Shown here: positions 9,467 to 17,664 of the stretch, in pieces
Layout: each line of letters begins with the position of its first letter
How positions within the stretch are numbered: the first letter of the stretch is position 1
DNA from: an uncultured Actinomycetes bacterium
GTDB taxonomy: Bacteria; Actinomycetota; Thermoleophilia; Gaiellales; Gaiellaceae
Length of the DNA stretch: 64,000 bases
Assembly: GCA_963746895.1 (NCBI GenBank)
Contig: CAVVDI010000012.1
Span: forward strand, 28,600 to 92,599
Direction of reading: 5' to 3'
Translations under genes and position numbers: made by a program
Notes under the pieces: model-generated
What the model saw: the letters and a program-made list of their open reading frames with translations, nothing else
Told to the model about the DNA's origin: nothing
Database searches by the model: none

Positions 9467-9872
9467 CTAGCGGAGCAGCTGATACGGCACGGCCGCGAGG
9501 ATCACGTGCGGCTCGAACAGGAGCAGCCGCTTGACGTAGAGCGCCCGCTGGTTGTGGAGCAGCCGCGCCCAGCCGCGGAGTATCAGCTCGGGGAGGACGA
9601 CGAGCACCTCCTGCCCGCCGGGGCCGGTCAGCTCGCGCAGGTAGCGCAGCAGCGGCTCGCCGAGGTCGCGGTACGGGGCCTCGTCCACCTCGAGCGGGAT
9701 GCGCGGCCCGTGCGCGAGCCACTCCCGCCGGATCGCGTCGGCGGCGGGGGCGTCGAAGGCGAAGTTGACCGCGCGCGTATCGGCGATCCCGAGCGACTCC
9801 ACCCAGTTCACGGCCCTCATCGAGGCGGCGTTCGCACCGGAGACGAAGACGCGCGCCGCGAGCGGGCGCGGC
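9467..9872 (-). CDS. second copy of the permease C-terminal cytoplasmic domain, out of frame with the upstream permease
   Basis: The tracked 117-aa ORF (MRAVNWVESLGIADTRAVNFAFD...VLVVLPELILRGW...LLLFEPHVILAAVPYQLL) is collinear with the last roughly 130 aa of 9873-11750 (ALRFAETIAGDDLRAIHV...FVTIVVPEQFRAP...LRLLGEPGVVVADVP). Its frame stays open upstream through PRPLAARVFVSGANAAS with no start codon. Confidence 0.6.
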
Positions 9873-11750
9873 TCATGCGGGGACGCCGGTGACGGTCGGC
9901 ACGTCCGCGACGACGACGCCCGGCTCGCCGAGCAGGCGCAGCTTGAGCGCGAGCTCGAACGGGTGGCGCCCCTGTTCGACGAGCGAAGGCGCCCGGAACT
10001 GCTCGGGGACGACGATCGTGACGAAGTCCGACTCGCCGCGCGGCAGGCGCCAGACCTGCTCGAGGACGGCGTCGACGGCGCCGCCGTCCGGGGAGAGCGC
10101 CTCGAGCGGCCGCCGCCCGCCGGTCCGGCGGAACCAGCGCGGCCGGATGCCGGGATCGGTGCCCCGACGCGGCACGTGGATCGCGCGCAGGTCGTCGCCC
10201 GCGATCGTCTCCGCGAAGCGCAGCGCCCGGTCCGCCGCGGGCTCGAGCGCCTCGACGACGAGCAGCGTCCGGTTGCGCGCCTCCGGCGCCGAGGCGACTG
10301 CCGCCGCGCCCGCCCGCAGCCGCCGTGCGACGCGGGCGTAGTGGCGCCGGATGCCGAGCATGCCGAGCACGAGCAGCGGGATCGCGACGGTCACGAGCCA
10401 GGCTCCCTCGGCAAACTTCGTCCAGACGACGATCGCCGTCACGAGCCCGGTCGCCGAGGCGCCCGCAGCGTTGACGGCCGCCCTCGCCTTCCAGCCGCCC
10501 ACGCGCGTCCGTCGCCAGTACCGCACCATCCCGGCCTGGGAGAGCGTGAAGGCCGTGAACACGCCGACGACGTAGAGGTGGATCAGGCTGTTCGTGTCGG
10601 CGCCGTAGATCCAGAGCAGCGCCGCCGCGAGCGCGGCGAGCACGAGCATCCCGTTCGAGAGCACGAGCCGGTCGCCGAGGTTCGAGAACTGCCGCGGCGC
10701 GAAGCGGTCGCGCGCGAGCAGCGCCGCGAGCCGGGGGAAGCCCTGGAACGACGTGTTCGCCGCGAGAATCAGGATCAGCAGCGTCGTCGCCTGGACGACG
10801 TAGAAGGCGAAGCCGAGCGGCGTCCCGGGCCGGAAGACCGAGCGCGCGACCTGCGAGACGACCGAGGCGGTCGCGCTCGGCGCCGCATGCACGCGCACCG
10901 CGAGGTACGAGAGGCCGAGGAAGAGCGAGATCGTGATCGCCCCCAGCGCGCCGAGGGTCGTCGCCGCGTTCCGTCCCTGCGGGTGGCGGAAGGCGTTGAC
11001 GCCGTTGGCGATCGCCTCCACCCCGGTCAGGGCGGTCGAGCCGGACGAGAAGGCGCGGAGCAGCACGAACGTCGTCACCGCGCCGGTGCCGGCGGGGAGC
11101 GCATCGGGCACGACCGCGTGGTGGAGGTCGCCGCGTACGAGCTCGACGAAGCCCGTCCCGATCAGCGCGAGCAGCGCCGCGACGAAGGAGTAGGTCGGAA
11201 GCGCGAAGAACAGCCCCGACTCGCGAACGCCGCGCAGGTTGGCGAGCACGATCACGACCAGACAGGCGAGCGAGAGGCCGACCCGGTGCGCGCCGAGGGA
11301 CGGCGCGAACGAGGTGATCGCGAAGATCCCGGCCGAGATCGAGACGGCGACCGTGAGCACGTAGTCGGTGAGCAGCGCCGCCGCGCCGACGAGGCTCGGC
11401 ATCACGCCGAGGTTCTCCCGCGCGACGACGTAGGCTCCGCCGGCCGAGTCGTAGACGCGCACCGTCTGGCGGTACGACAGGATCACGACTCCGAGCAGCA
11501 GCGCGATCGCGATGGCGAGCGGGAAGACGAGGTGCCCGGCGAGCGAGGACGCGGCGACGAGCACGACGAGCGCCTCCTCGGTCGCGTACGCGTTCGAGGA
11601 GAGCGGGTCGGAGGCGAAGATCGGCAGCGCCAGCCACTTCGGGAGAAGCGTCTCCTCGAGCTGGCCCGTGCGCATCGGACGCCCGACGAGGACGCGCCGC
11701 AGCCGTCGCGGCTCGAGCTCCTCCTGCTCGGCCTCGCGGAGCGCGCTCAC
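9873..11750 (-). CDS. APC-superfamily permease with cytoplasmic C-terminal domain
   Basis: The first 194 codons of the tracked 819-aa ORF are GC artefact overlapping the upstream gene. An in-frame GTG at 11750 overlaps that gene's stop (GTGA). The product (VSALREAEQ...LPKWLALPIFASDPLSSNAYATEEAL...) is a typical actinobacterial APC permease. Confidence 0.8.
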   Translation of the reverse strand: MSALREAEQEELEPRRLRRVLVGRPMRTGQLEETLLPKWLALPIFASDPLSSNAYATEEALVVLVAASSLAGHLVFPLAIAIALLLGVVILSYRQTVRVYDSAGGAYVVARENLGVMPSLVGAAALLTDYVLTVAVSISAGIFAITSFAPSLGAHRVGLSLACLVVIVLANLRGVRESGLFFALPTYSFVAALLALIGTGFVELVRGDLHHAVVPDALPAGTGAVTTFVLLRAFSSGSTALTGVEAIANGVNAFRHPQGRNAATTLGALGAITISLFLGLSYLAVRVHAAPSATASVVSQVARSVFRPGTPLGFAFYVVQATTLLILILAANTSFQGFPRLAALLARDRFAPRQFSNLGDRLVLSNGMLVLAALAAALLWIYGADTNSLIHLYVVGVFTAFTLSQAGMVRYWRRTRVGGWKARAAVNAAGASATGLVTAIVVWTKFAEGAWLVTVAIPLLVLGMLGIRRHYARVARRLRAGAAAVASAPEARNRTLLVVEALEPAADRALRFAETIAGDDLRAIHVPRRGTDPGIRPRWFRRTGGRRPLEALSPDGGAVDAVLEQVWRLPRGESDFVTIVVPEQFRAPSLVEQGRHPFELALKLRLLGEPGVVVADVPTVTGVPA

Positions 11751-12328
11751 AGGTCGAGCGCTCCCCGCACCCGCGCGAGCAGCCGCGCCAGCTCCCCGGG
11801 AGCCGTCTCGCCGTAGAGCGGGCTGCCCGGGTCGCGCAGCAGCGAGCGCACGAGCAGCATCCCCCGCGCGGTCACCGGACGTTCGTCGGCGAGCCGGTCG
11901 GCGATCGCACGCAGCAGGTCGGCGTGGGGCCGCAGCGCCGCCCGCCGCAGCGGCGACGACGACGGGAGATGGGCCGGATCGAGCTGGTGGAGCGTCCGCT
12001 CGACCTCGCACCGGAGCGCTGCGCGGCCCTCGGAGTCGACGAGCTCGTGCGCGCGCCACTGGATCAGCTCCGAGACCTCGCCGCCTCGCGGGTCGGTGAC
12101 GATCAGGCGGTCGACCGCGCGCCGGATGCCCGCCAGCTCGCGGCGCGCGCGGAGGGCGCGACCGGCGGCCGCGACGCTGAAGCAGCCGGCGGCGACGAGC
12201 CCCGCCGTCCGGAGCGTCGGGTCGAGCTCCAGCGCGAGCGCCAGCGCCGCCAGGGCGAGGAGCGGCAGCGCGGCCCGCCCCGGGTGAGGCAGGTCGAGCG
12301 TCCCGAAGCGTGGACCGTGCGCCGCCAT
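11747..12328 (-). CDS. hypothetical membrane-anchored protein
   Basis: 193-aa ORF with GC3-rich codons and one or two N-terminal hydrophobic segments (ALPLLALAALALALEL, GLVAAGCFSVAAAG). It is translationally coupled to the downstream permease. No family recognised. Confidence 0.5.
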   Translation of the reverse strand: MAAHGPRFGTLDLPHPGRAALPLLALAALALALELDPTLRTAGLVAAGCFSVAAAGRALRARRELAGIRRAVDRLIVTDPRGGEVSELIQWRAHELVDSEGRAALRCEVERTLHQLDPAHLPSSSPLRRAALRPHADLLRAIADRLADERPVTARGMLLVRSLLRDPGSPLYGETAPGELARLLARVRGALDL

Positions 12329-12394
12329 GCACCGACCGTAGGCCGCGGCGGCTCAGGCGAGGCTCAGGATCCCGGCGCGCGCCTCAGGGAGATC

Positions 12395-13081
12395 TCAAGA
12401 CGGCGCCGGCTCGACGAGGCGGTAGCCTGCGCCGGGCTCGGTGACGATGTAGCGCGGCCGCGCCGGGTCGGGCTCGAGCTTGCGGCGCAGCTGCGAGACG
12501 TAGACGTGGAGGTAATGCGACTCCTCGCCGTAGCCGCGCCCCCAGACCTCCCGCAGGAGCGTCGCGTGCGTCAGCAGCTTGCCCGGATCGCGGGCCAGCA
12601 CGCGGAGGAGCGAGAACTCGTGCGGCGTCAGCTGCACCGGCCTCCCGGCGACGGAGACCGCGCGCTTCTCGAGATCGATGCGGAGGTCGCCGAGCTCGAC
12701 CACCGGATCCGCGGACGGCTCGCCGCGACGGAGCGCAGCCCGCAGCCGCGCGAGGAGCTCGTCGATCCCGAACGGCTTCGTCACGTAGTCGTCGGCCCCG
12801 GCGTCGAGCGCCGCGACCTTGTCATCCTCCTCACCGACCACCGAGAGCACGATCACCGGCACGCGGCTCCACGTGCGCAGCTCGCGGCAGACGTCGGTGC
12901 CGCGGCCGTCCGGGAGCACGAGGTCGAGGATCACCGCATCAGGGGGGTTGACCGCGAGCGCCGTCAGCGCGCCCTCGGCCGTCTCCGCCGTCTCGACGTC
13001 GTAGCCGGCGCCGCGCAGGCTCGTGCGCAGCGCGCGCAGGATCTGCGGCTCGTCGTCGACGACGAGGATCCGCCCTCTCAC
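12395..13081 (-). CDS. kdpE: OmpR-family response regulator, KdpE-like
   Basis: Starts VRGRILVVDDEPQILRAL, with the receiver Asp in AVILDLVLPDG. The winged-helix output has LTPHEFSLLRVLARDPGKLLTH...GYRL. GTG at 13081 overlaps the kinase stop (GTGA). Confidence 0.9.
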   Translation of the reverse strand: MRGRILVVDDEPQILRALRTSLRGAGYDVETAETAEGALTALAVNPPDAVILDLVLPDGRGTDVCRELRTWSRVPVIVLSVVGEEDDKVAALDAGADDYVTKPFGIDELLARLRAALRRGEPSADPVVELGDLRIDLEKRAVSVAGRPVQLTPHEFSLLRVLARDPGKLLTHATLLREVWGRGYGEESHYLHVYVSQLRRKLEPDPARPRYIVTEPGAGYRLVEPAPS

Positions 13082-14457
13082 GCCCGCACCGGCGCACCCG
13101 CGGTCGGCAGCGCGAGGACGAAGTGCGCGCCTGCGACCTCCTCCTGCGCCCAGAGCTCGCCGGCGTTCGCCTCGGCAAAGCCGCGGGCGATCGCGAGCCC
13201 GACGCCGCTGCCGCGGACGCCGGCGGGCGCACGGCCGCCGCGGCGGAAGGGACGGAAGACGGCCTCGCGGTCGCCGGGCGCGAGCCCGGGCCCCCGATCG
13301 ACGACGTGGATCCGCAGCTCGGTCGTCCCGCGCTCGACCCGGACGACGACCGGGGAGCCGGGGGGCGAGAACTTGAGCGCGTTCCCGATCAGGTTCGCGA
13401 GCGCCCGCTCGATCTGCGCGGCGTCGACGCGGGCGGGCGGCGCGTCCGCGTCGAGCTCGACGGAGACCCGTCCGGTCGGGAGGTCGACGCTCTCGAGCGC
13501 CCGCGCGACGAGCTCGTCGACCGGCCAGAGCTCCCGATGCGGCTCGACCGCGCCGGCCTCGAGACGGGAGAGGTCGAGCAGGTTCCCGACGACGCGGTCG
13601 AGCCGGGTCGCCTCCTGGCGGATCCCGGCGACGAGCGTCGCCCGGTCGTCGTCGTTCAGGCGGAGCTCCGGGTTCGCGAGCGCCCCCGCGGACGCGAGGA
13701 TCGCGGTCAGCGGCGAGCGGAGGTCGTGCGAGACGCTCCGGAGCAGCGCCGTCTTGAGCGCGTCGCTCCGCCGCAGCGCCTCCGCTTCGAGCGCCTCGGC
13801 CTCGAGTGCGCTCCGGTCGACGACGACGGCGAGCAGCGCGGCGAGAGCGGGTAGGAAGCGACGCGCGACCGCCTCGTCCGCTCCGGCCTCTGCGCCGACG
13901 AGCAGCGTCGCGACCCGGCGCAGGTTGGCCTCGAGCGCGAACGCCCGCTCCCCCTCGCCGGCCGGCCGCTCCCCGAGCTCGAGCCGCGCCGCCTCTGCGC
14001 CGAGCACGCGGGCGGTCAGCTCCGCGAGCCGCCCGAGCCCGGCGTCGAGCTCCGTCCCGCGCAGGAGGTCGGCGGCCGCCTCGGCGAGGACGTCGGCCTC
14101 GGCCCGCCGCTGCTCGGCGTCCTCGCGGCGCCGCCGCGCCCGCGCGGCGAGCACGCCGACGACGACGGCGGTGACGAGGTAGACGGCGAGGGCGAGCCAG
14201 TTCGCGCTCTCGTGCAGGTGGAACGTGTGGCGCGGCGCGAGGAAGAACCAGTTGAAGGCGAGCATGCTCGCGACCGAGACCGCCGCGGCGAGCCCGGCGC
14301 CCCAGAGCACCGCCACCGGCAGGACGGCGAAGACGTAGAGGACGCCGAGGCTGAGGACGGGGACGTGCGGCTCGAGCAGTGCGACGGCCGCAGTGACGAG
14401 GACGACCGCCCCGGCGGCCGCCGGCACGCCCACGAGCAGGTCGGCGCGCGCTCTCAT
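13078..14457 (-). CDS. sensor histidine kinase, KdpD C-terminal-half type (DUF4118 membrane domain + HisKA + HATPase), lacking the KdpD N-terminal sensor/USP region
   Basis: 459 aa. DUF4118-like TM block (SMLAFNWFFLAPRHTFHLHESANWLAL), H-box SHDLRSPLTAI, N-box ANLIGNALKFSP and G-boxes VDRGPGL/GSGVGLAIARG. No N-terminal P-loop KdpD domain is present. Confidence 0.85.
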   Translation of the reverse strand: MRARADLLVGVPAAAGAVVLVTAAVALLEPHVPVLSLGVLYVFAVLPVAVLWGAGLAAAVSVASMLAFNWFFLAPRHTFHLHESANWLALAVYLVTAVVVGVLAARARRRREDAEQRRAEADVLAEAAADLLRGTELDAGLGRLAELTARVLGAEAARLELGERPAGEGERAFALEANLRRVATLLVGAEAGADEAVARRFLPALAALLAVVVDRSALEAEALEAEALRRSDALKTALLRSVSHDLRSPLTAILASAGALANPELRLNDDDRATLVAGIRQEATRLDRVVGNLLDLSRLEAGAVEPHRELWPVDELVARALESVDLPTGRVSVELDADAPPARVDAAQIERALANLIGNALKFSPPGSPVVVRVERGTTELRIHVVDRGPGLAPGDREAVFRPFRRGGRAPAGVRGSGVGLAIARGFAEANAGELWAQEEVAGAHFVLALPTAGAPVRA

Positions 14458-14472
14458 CCGCTGACACGGTAC

Positions 14473-14505
14473 TCCGGGGTCGAGGCGCGCGCCCCGGCCC
14501 CGGAG
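14473..14505 (-). terminator. GC-rich hairpin downstream of hppA
   Basis: CTCCGGGG (14473-14480) pairs with CCCCGGAG (14498-14505). It lies in the 54-nt gap between the hppA stop and the kinase start. There is no clear U-tract, as is common in high-GC actinobacteria. Confidence 0.4.
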
Positions 14506-14511
14506 CCGCGA

Positions 14512-16575
14512 CTAGCCGTGGATCGAGATCACCAGCGGGATGATCAGGATCGCGACGATGTTCGCGATCTTGATCATCGGGTTGATCGCCGGGCCGGCCG
14601 TGTCCTTGTACGGGTCGCCGACGGTGTCTCCCGTGATCGACGCGTTGTGCGCCTCCGAGCCCTTGCCGCCGTGGGCGCCGTCCTCGATCGACTTCTTCGC
14701 GTTGTCCCAGGCGCCGCCGCCCGCCGTCATCGAGATCGCGAGGAAGAGGCCGGTGACGATGGTGCCGATCAGGAGGCCGCCGAGCATCTGCGCGTTGATG
14801 ATCCCGACGAGGATCGGGATCCCGATCGGGACGAGCGCCGGCAGGAGCATGCTGCGGAGCGCCGACTTCGTGACGATGTCGATGGCGCGACCGTACTCCG
14901 GCCGCGACGTCCCCTCCATGATCCCGGGGTTCTCGCGGAACTGACGGCGCACCTCCTGCACGACCTCCCCGCCGACCCGCCCGACCGCCTGCATCGCGAG
15001 CGACGCGAACAGGAACGGCATCAGGCCGCCGATCAGCAGGCCGGCGATCACCCAGGCGTTCGAGAGGTCGAACGTGATCGCGGAGAGCGCCGAGCCGGCC
15101 TTCGCCTGCGTGTGCAGCCCGTCCGCGTAGGAGCCGAAGAGGACGAGTGCCGCGAGGGCCGCGGAGCCGATCGCGTAGCCCTTCGTGACCGCCTTGGTGG
15201 TGTTCCCGACCGCATCGAGCGGATCGGTGATCGCGCGCACCTCCGGCGGCAGGTCGGCCATCTCGGCGAGGCCGCCCGCGTTGTCGGTGACCGGCCCGTA
15301 CGCGTCGAGCGCGACGATCAACCCGGTCATCGAGAGCTGCGCCATGACCGCGACGCCGATGCCGAAGAGCCCGCCGACATGGTTGGCGACGAGGATGCCG
15401 GCGGCGATCACGATCACCGGCAGCGCGGTGGCCTGCATCCCGATCGCGAGGCCCTCGATGATGTTCGTCGCGTGGCCCGTCTCCGAGGCCTTCGCGATCG
15501 CCTTCACGGGATTCCAGCGCGTACCGGTGTAGTACTCCGTGATCGCGACGAGCAGGAACGTGACGACGAGGCCGACGAGCGCCGCGACGTAGAGGTGCCA
15601 GAAGCTGAAGTGCCCGCTCGAGTCGAAGCCCATCGTGATCGGGATGAAGCCGAGCGCGCTCAGCACGGTCGCGACGAGCACGCTCCGGTAGAGCGCGTTC
15701 ATCACGTTCCCGCCCTCGCGGACGCGCGCGAACTGCGCGCCGATGATCGACGTCAGGATCGAGAGGCCGCCGATCGCCAGCGGATAGAGCCACAGCTTGG
15801 AACCGGCCGCACCGACCGTGTTGCCGAGCAGCATCACGGCGACGGCGGTGACCGCGTACGTCTCGAACAGGTCGGCGGCCATGCCGGCGCAGTCGCCGAC
15901 GTTGTCGCCGACGTTGTCGGCGATCACGGCGGGGTTGCGGGGGTCGTCCTCGGGGATCCCCGCCTCGAGCTTGCCGACCAGGTCGGCGCCGACGTCGGCG
16001 GCCTTCGTGAAGATGCCGCCGCCGAGACGCGCGAACACGGAGATGAGCGAGCCGCCGAAGGCGAGCCCGATCAGGTCGTTGATCGCCGAGCCGTCCGTGT
16101 GACCGAGCCAGCCGGTGAGCGCCCAGTAGTACCCCGCGACGCCGAGCAGCCCGAGGCCGACGACGAGCAGGCCCGTCACCGAGCCCGCGCGGAAGGCGAC
16201 GTTGAGCGCGGCGGGCAGCCCGGAGCGCGCGGCCTCGGCGGTGCGCACGTTCGAACGCACGGCGACGTTCATGCCGATGAACCCCGCCGCGGACGAGAGA
16301 ACCGCGCCGATCAGGAAGCCGACCGCCGTGCCCCAGCCGAGCTTGTTGTAGAAGCCGAGCAGGAGGAACGGGACGATCGCGACCACCGCGATCGTGACGT
16401 ACTGGCGGCGCAGGTAGGCGGCGGCGCCCTCCTGGACGGCGCGGGCGATCTCCTGCATGCGCTCGGTGCCGGCCGGCTGCCGCAGCAGCCAGACCGTCAG
16501 ACCGAGCCCGTAGACGACCGCTGCGACCGCACAGAGGAGCGCGAACAGCACGGCGTGATGCATGAACCAGCTCAT
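14512..16575 (-). CDS. hppA: membrane-bound proton-translocating inorganic pyrophosphatase
   Basis: Hallmark motifs are present: [39 protein letters not shown] and GGAWDNAKK. The likely start is ATG 16575 ([11 protein letters not shown]) with GAGGGAGAG 7 nt upstream. The tracked ORF extends 27 codons further. Confidence 0.95.
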   Translation of the reverse strand: MSWFMHHAVLFALLCAVAAVVYGLGLTVWLLRQPAGTERMQEIARAVQEGAAAYLRRQYVTIAVVAIVPFLLLGFYNKLGWGTAVGFLIGAVLSSAAGFIGMNVAVRSNVRTAEAARSGLPAALNVAFRAGSVTGLLVVGLGLLGVAGYYWALTGWLGHTDGSAINDLIGLAFGGSLISVFARLGGGIFTKAADVGADLVGKLEAGIPEDDPRNPAVIADNVGDNVGDCAGMAADLFETYAVTAVAVMLLGNTVGAAGSKLWLYPLAIGGLSILTSIIGAQFARVREGGNVMNALYRSVLVATVLSALGFIPITMGFDSSGHFSFWHLYVAALVGLVVTFLLVAITEYYTGTRWNPVKAIAKASETGHATNIIEGLAIGMQATALPVIVIAAGILVANHVGGLFGIGVAVMAQLSMTGLIVALDAYGPVTDNAGGLAEMADLPPEVRAITDPLDAVGNTTKAVTKGYAIGSAALAALVLFGSYADGLHTQAKAGSALSAITFDLSNAWVIAGLLIGGLMPFLFASLAMQAVGRVGGEVVQEVRRQFRENPGIMEGTSRPEYGRAIDIVTKSALRSMLLPALVPIGIPILVGIINAQMLGGLLIGTIVTGLFLAISMTAGGGAWDNAKKSIEDGAHGGKGSEAHNASITGDTVGDPYKDTAGPAINPMIKIANIVAILIIPLVISIHG

Positions 16576-16654
16576 GGGTACGGGGCTCTCCCTCGTCGAA
16601 ATCAGCGCGTCACAAAGTCGGCGCCGAACGACCCCGGCGCCGCTCGTTTGTACC

Positions 16655-16676
16655 ACACGGGCCGGTCGGCCCGTGT
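16655..16676 (-). terminator. perfect 9-bp hairpin after the transglycosylase gene
   Basis: ACACGGGCC-ggtc-GGCCCGTGT, located 14 nt downstream of the 16690 stop. Confidence 0.5.
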
Positions 16677-16689
16677 CACGAGCACGCGC

Positions 16690-17415
16690 TCAGTTGAGAC
16701 GGCGGTAGCCGTGCGCCGTCCGGACGATCACGCGACGGGCGTAGAGCGACGCGAGCCCGAGCGTCTCCCGCCGGACGCGGGCCGCGAGGCGGAAGACGGC
16801 GTCGACGTACGCGTTCGAGGGGTTGTAGCGGTAGACCGCGCCGCGGAGGTCGCGGGCGGCGCCGGCGGCGCGCAGGTAGCGGGCGGCTGCGAGGATCGCG
16901 GCGTGCGGGTCGCGCACGTTCCCGCGCCCGTAGGCGGCCCACGTGCTCGGCATGAACTGCATCGGACCGAGCGCGCCGGAGGCGCTCGCCTCGCGCAGCC
17001 GGCCGAAGTTCGTCTCCACGAAGTTGATCGCCGCGAGCACCCGCCAGGGAACGCCCGAGCGCCGCTGGCCCTCGCGGTAGAAGGCGCGCAGGCGGGCGAG
17101 CGGCAGCGCCGGGCCGAGCTTGATCGGCGGCCCGGGCTTCGCCGGCGCGAGCGCGTACAGGTCGTGCCGGGCGGCGACGTCGTCGGCGACGTCGCGGCGC
17201 AGGCGGAGCGGCAGCGCCCGGAGCACGACCCGGTAGAGGCGCTCGTCGCCGGCGAGGCGAAGCTCGACGAGCTGCAGGCGCGCGGCCGCGTCTGCGGCGG
17301 CGGCGGGCAGCGGCCGGCGCGAGTCCCAGCCGGCGAGGGCCGCGCGGAAGGCGGCGTCGGCGCGGATCAGCTGCGTCGCGGGCGGCGGCGGAGGGGCGGC
17401 GAGCACGCGCCCCAC
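16690..17415 (-). CDS. lytic transglycosylase (SLT domain) protein
   Basis: 241 aa. The SLT catalytic region reads VLAAINFVETNFGRL...GALGPMQFMPSTWAAYG...AARYL...YNPSNAYV. Confidence 0.8.
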   Translation of the reverse strand: MGRVLAAPPPPPATQLIRADAAFRAALAGWDSRRPLPAAAADAAARLQLVELRLAGDERLYRVVLRALPLRLRRDVADDVAARHDLYALAPAKPGPPIKLGPALPLARLRAFYREGQRRSGVPWRVLAAINFVETNFGRLREASASGALGPMQFMPSTWAAYGRGNVRDPHAAILAAARYLRAAGAARDLRGAVYRYNPSNAYVDAVFRLAARVRRETLGLASLYARRVIVRTAHGYRRLN

Positions 17416-17496
17416 GGTAGCCAGGTCCGTGGCGAGAGGTGGTCAGCGCATGCCGTGGCCGGGCAGGCGAGGCGCGCGCGGCACCGCCGGCTTCTT

Positions 17497-17521
17497 GCCA
17501 AGTAACACTCTGTTACTTGGC
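17497..17521. repeat. palindromic element copy 1 (GCCAAGTAACA-ctc-TGTTACTTGGC)
   Basis: Perfect 11-bp arms and AT-rich sequence in GC-rich surroundings. It is related to the copies at 39957 and 57765. Confidence 0.85.
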
Positions 17522-17664
17522 TGGCGGGGCTCGGGGCGGCCGCTCGGATGCTCGGTCTTCGTCTTGCGGCGCTTGTGGGCCATGCCCCGATCCTGCTGCG
17601 TGCTCGGCCCGGCTCCCATCCCCGTCGCCGCGGAGCCGGGTTGCGGCTTTCCCCGGCCCTGGGG

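Noticed and set aside
12395-14457. A kdpFABC operon expected next to kdpDE.
   Set aside because: It is not present within the window on either side. It is recorded as an absence, not a feature.
17416-17664. A cyclic-di-AMP (ydaO-type) or other riboswitch in the 250-nt leader of the SLT transglycosylase gene.
   Set aside because: I could not find the conserved ydaO core elements by eye. The region is better explained by the small ORF and the palindrome. A covariance-model scan would be needed to exclude it properly.
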